Source: Podarcis gaigeae
Taxonomy: Eukaryota
DNA: 64,000 nt
Strand: one strand, 5' to 3'
Assembly: GCA_964106915.2 (NCBI GenBank)
Contig: OZ066923.1
This document shows positions 63,801 to 64,000 of the stretch, piece by piece; the first letter of the stretch is position 1; the number at the start of each line of letters is the position of its first letter. A model generated the notes under the pieces. The model saw only the letters and a list, made by a program, of their open reading frames with translations. It did no database searches and was not told the origin of the DNA. The position numbers and the translations under genes are program-made.

Positions 63801-64000
63801 TCTCTTTCATAAGTAATTCTTATGAAAAAGCTGAACTATAGACCCCTCTTGTGTCATCAGAGGCTGTGGGTGGTGATTCATAGCTGAGTCTATGCAAGAA
63901 ACAATGTTGATGCTCTCAGCATGAGCCTTACGGCAACACTATAGGTAAAAATTTAGTTTGGTATTGTGACATTAGATGTGTGACTACATTAAGGAAAAAA

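Overview
Vertebrate (squamate, probably lacertid lizard) genomic DNA, inferred from Sauria SINEs and BovB fragments. It is mostly AT-rich intronic or intergenic sequence with one assembly gap (2447-3095). The only host coding sequence I can support is a minus-strand exon (17084-16681) ending in 24 codons, MDLPSEMSRYGRNPLSHKLEDQKK, which I recognise from memory as the alternative N-terminal exon of NAV3; its 5' leader holds 7 upstream AUGs. The exon is flanked by two independent insertions of one non-autonomous hAT family carrying about 16 and 11 tandem copies of a 118-bp GC-rich double-hairpin unit. Also present: a full-length, young but disabled Ty1/copia retrotransposon (48063-53102) with a half-tRNAiMet primer-binding site; two solo LTRs, one with a 125-aa ORF; a hAT element with GC-rich CArG/GC-box cargo; a degenerate Penelope-type hammerhead; and many SINEs, LINE fragments, MITEs and microsatellites.
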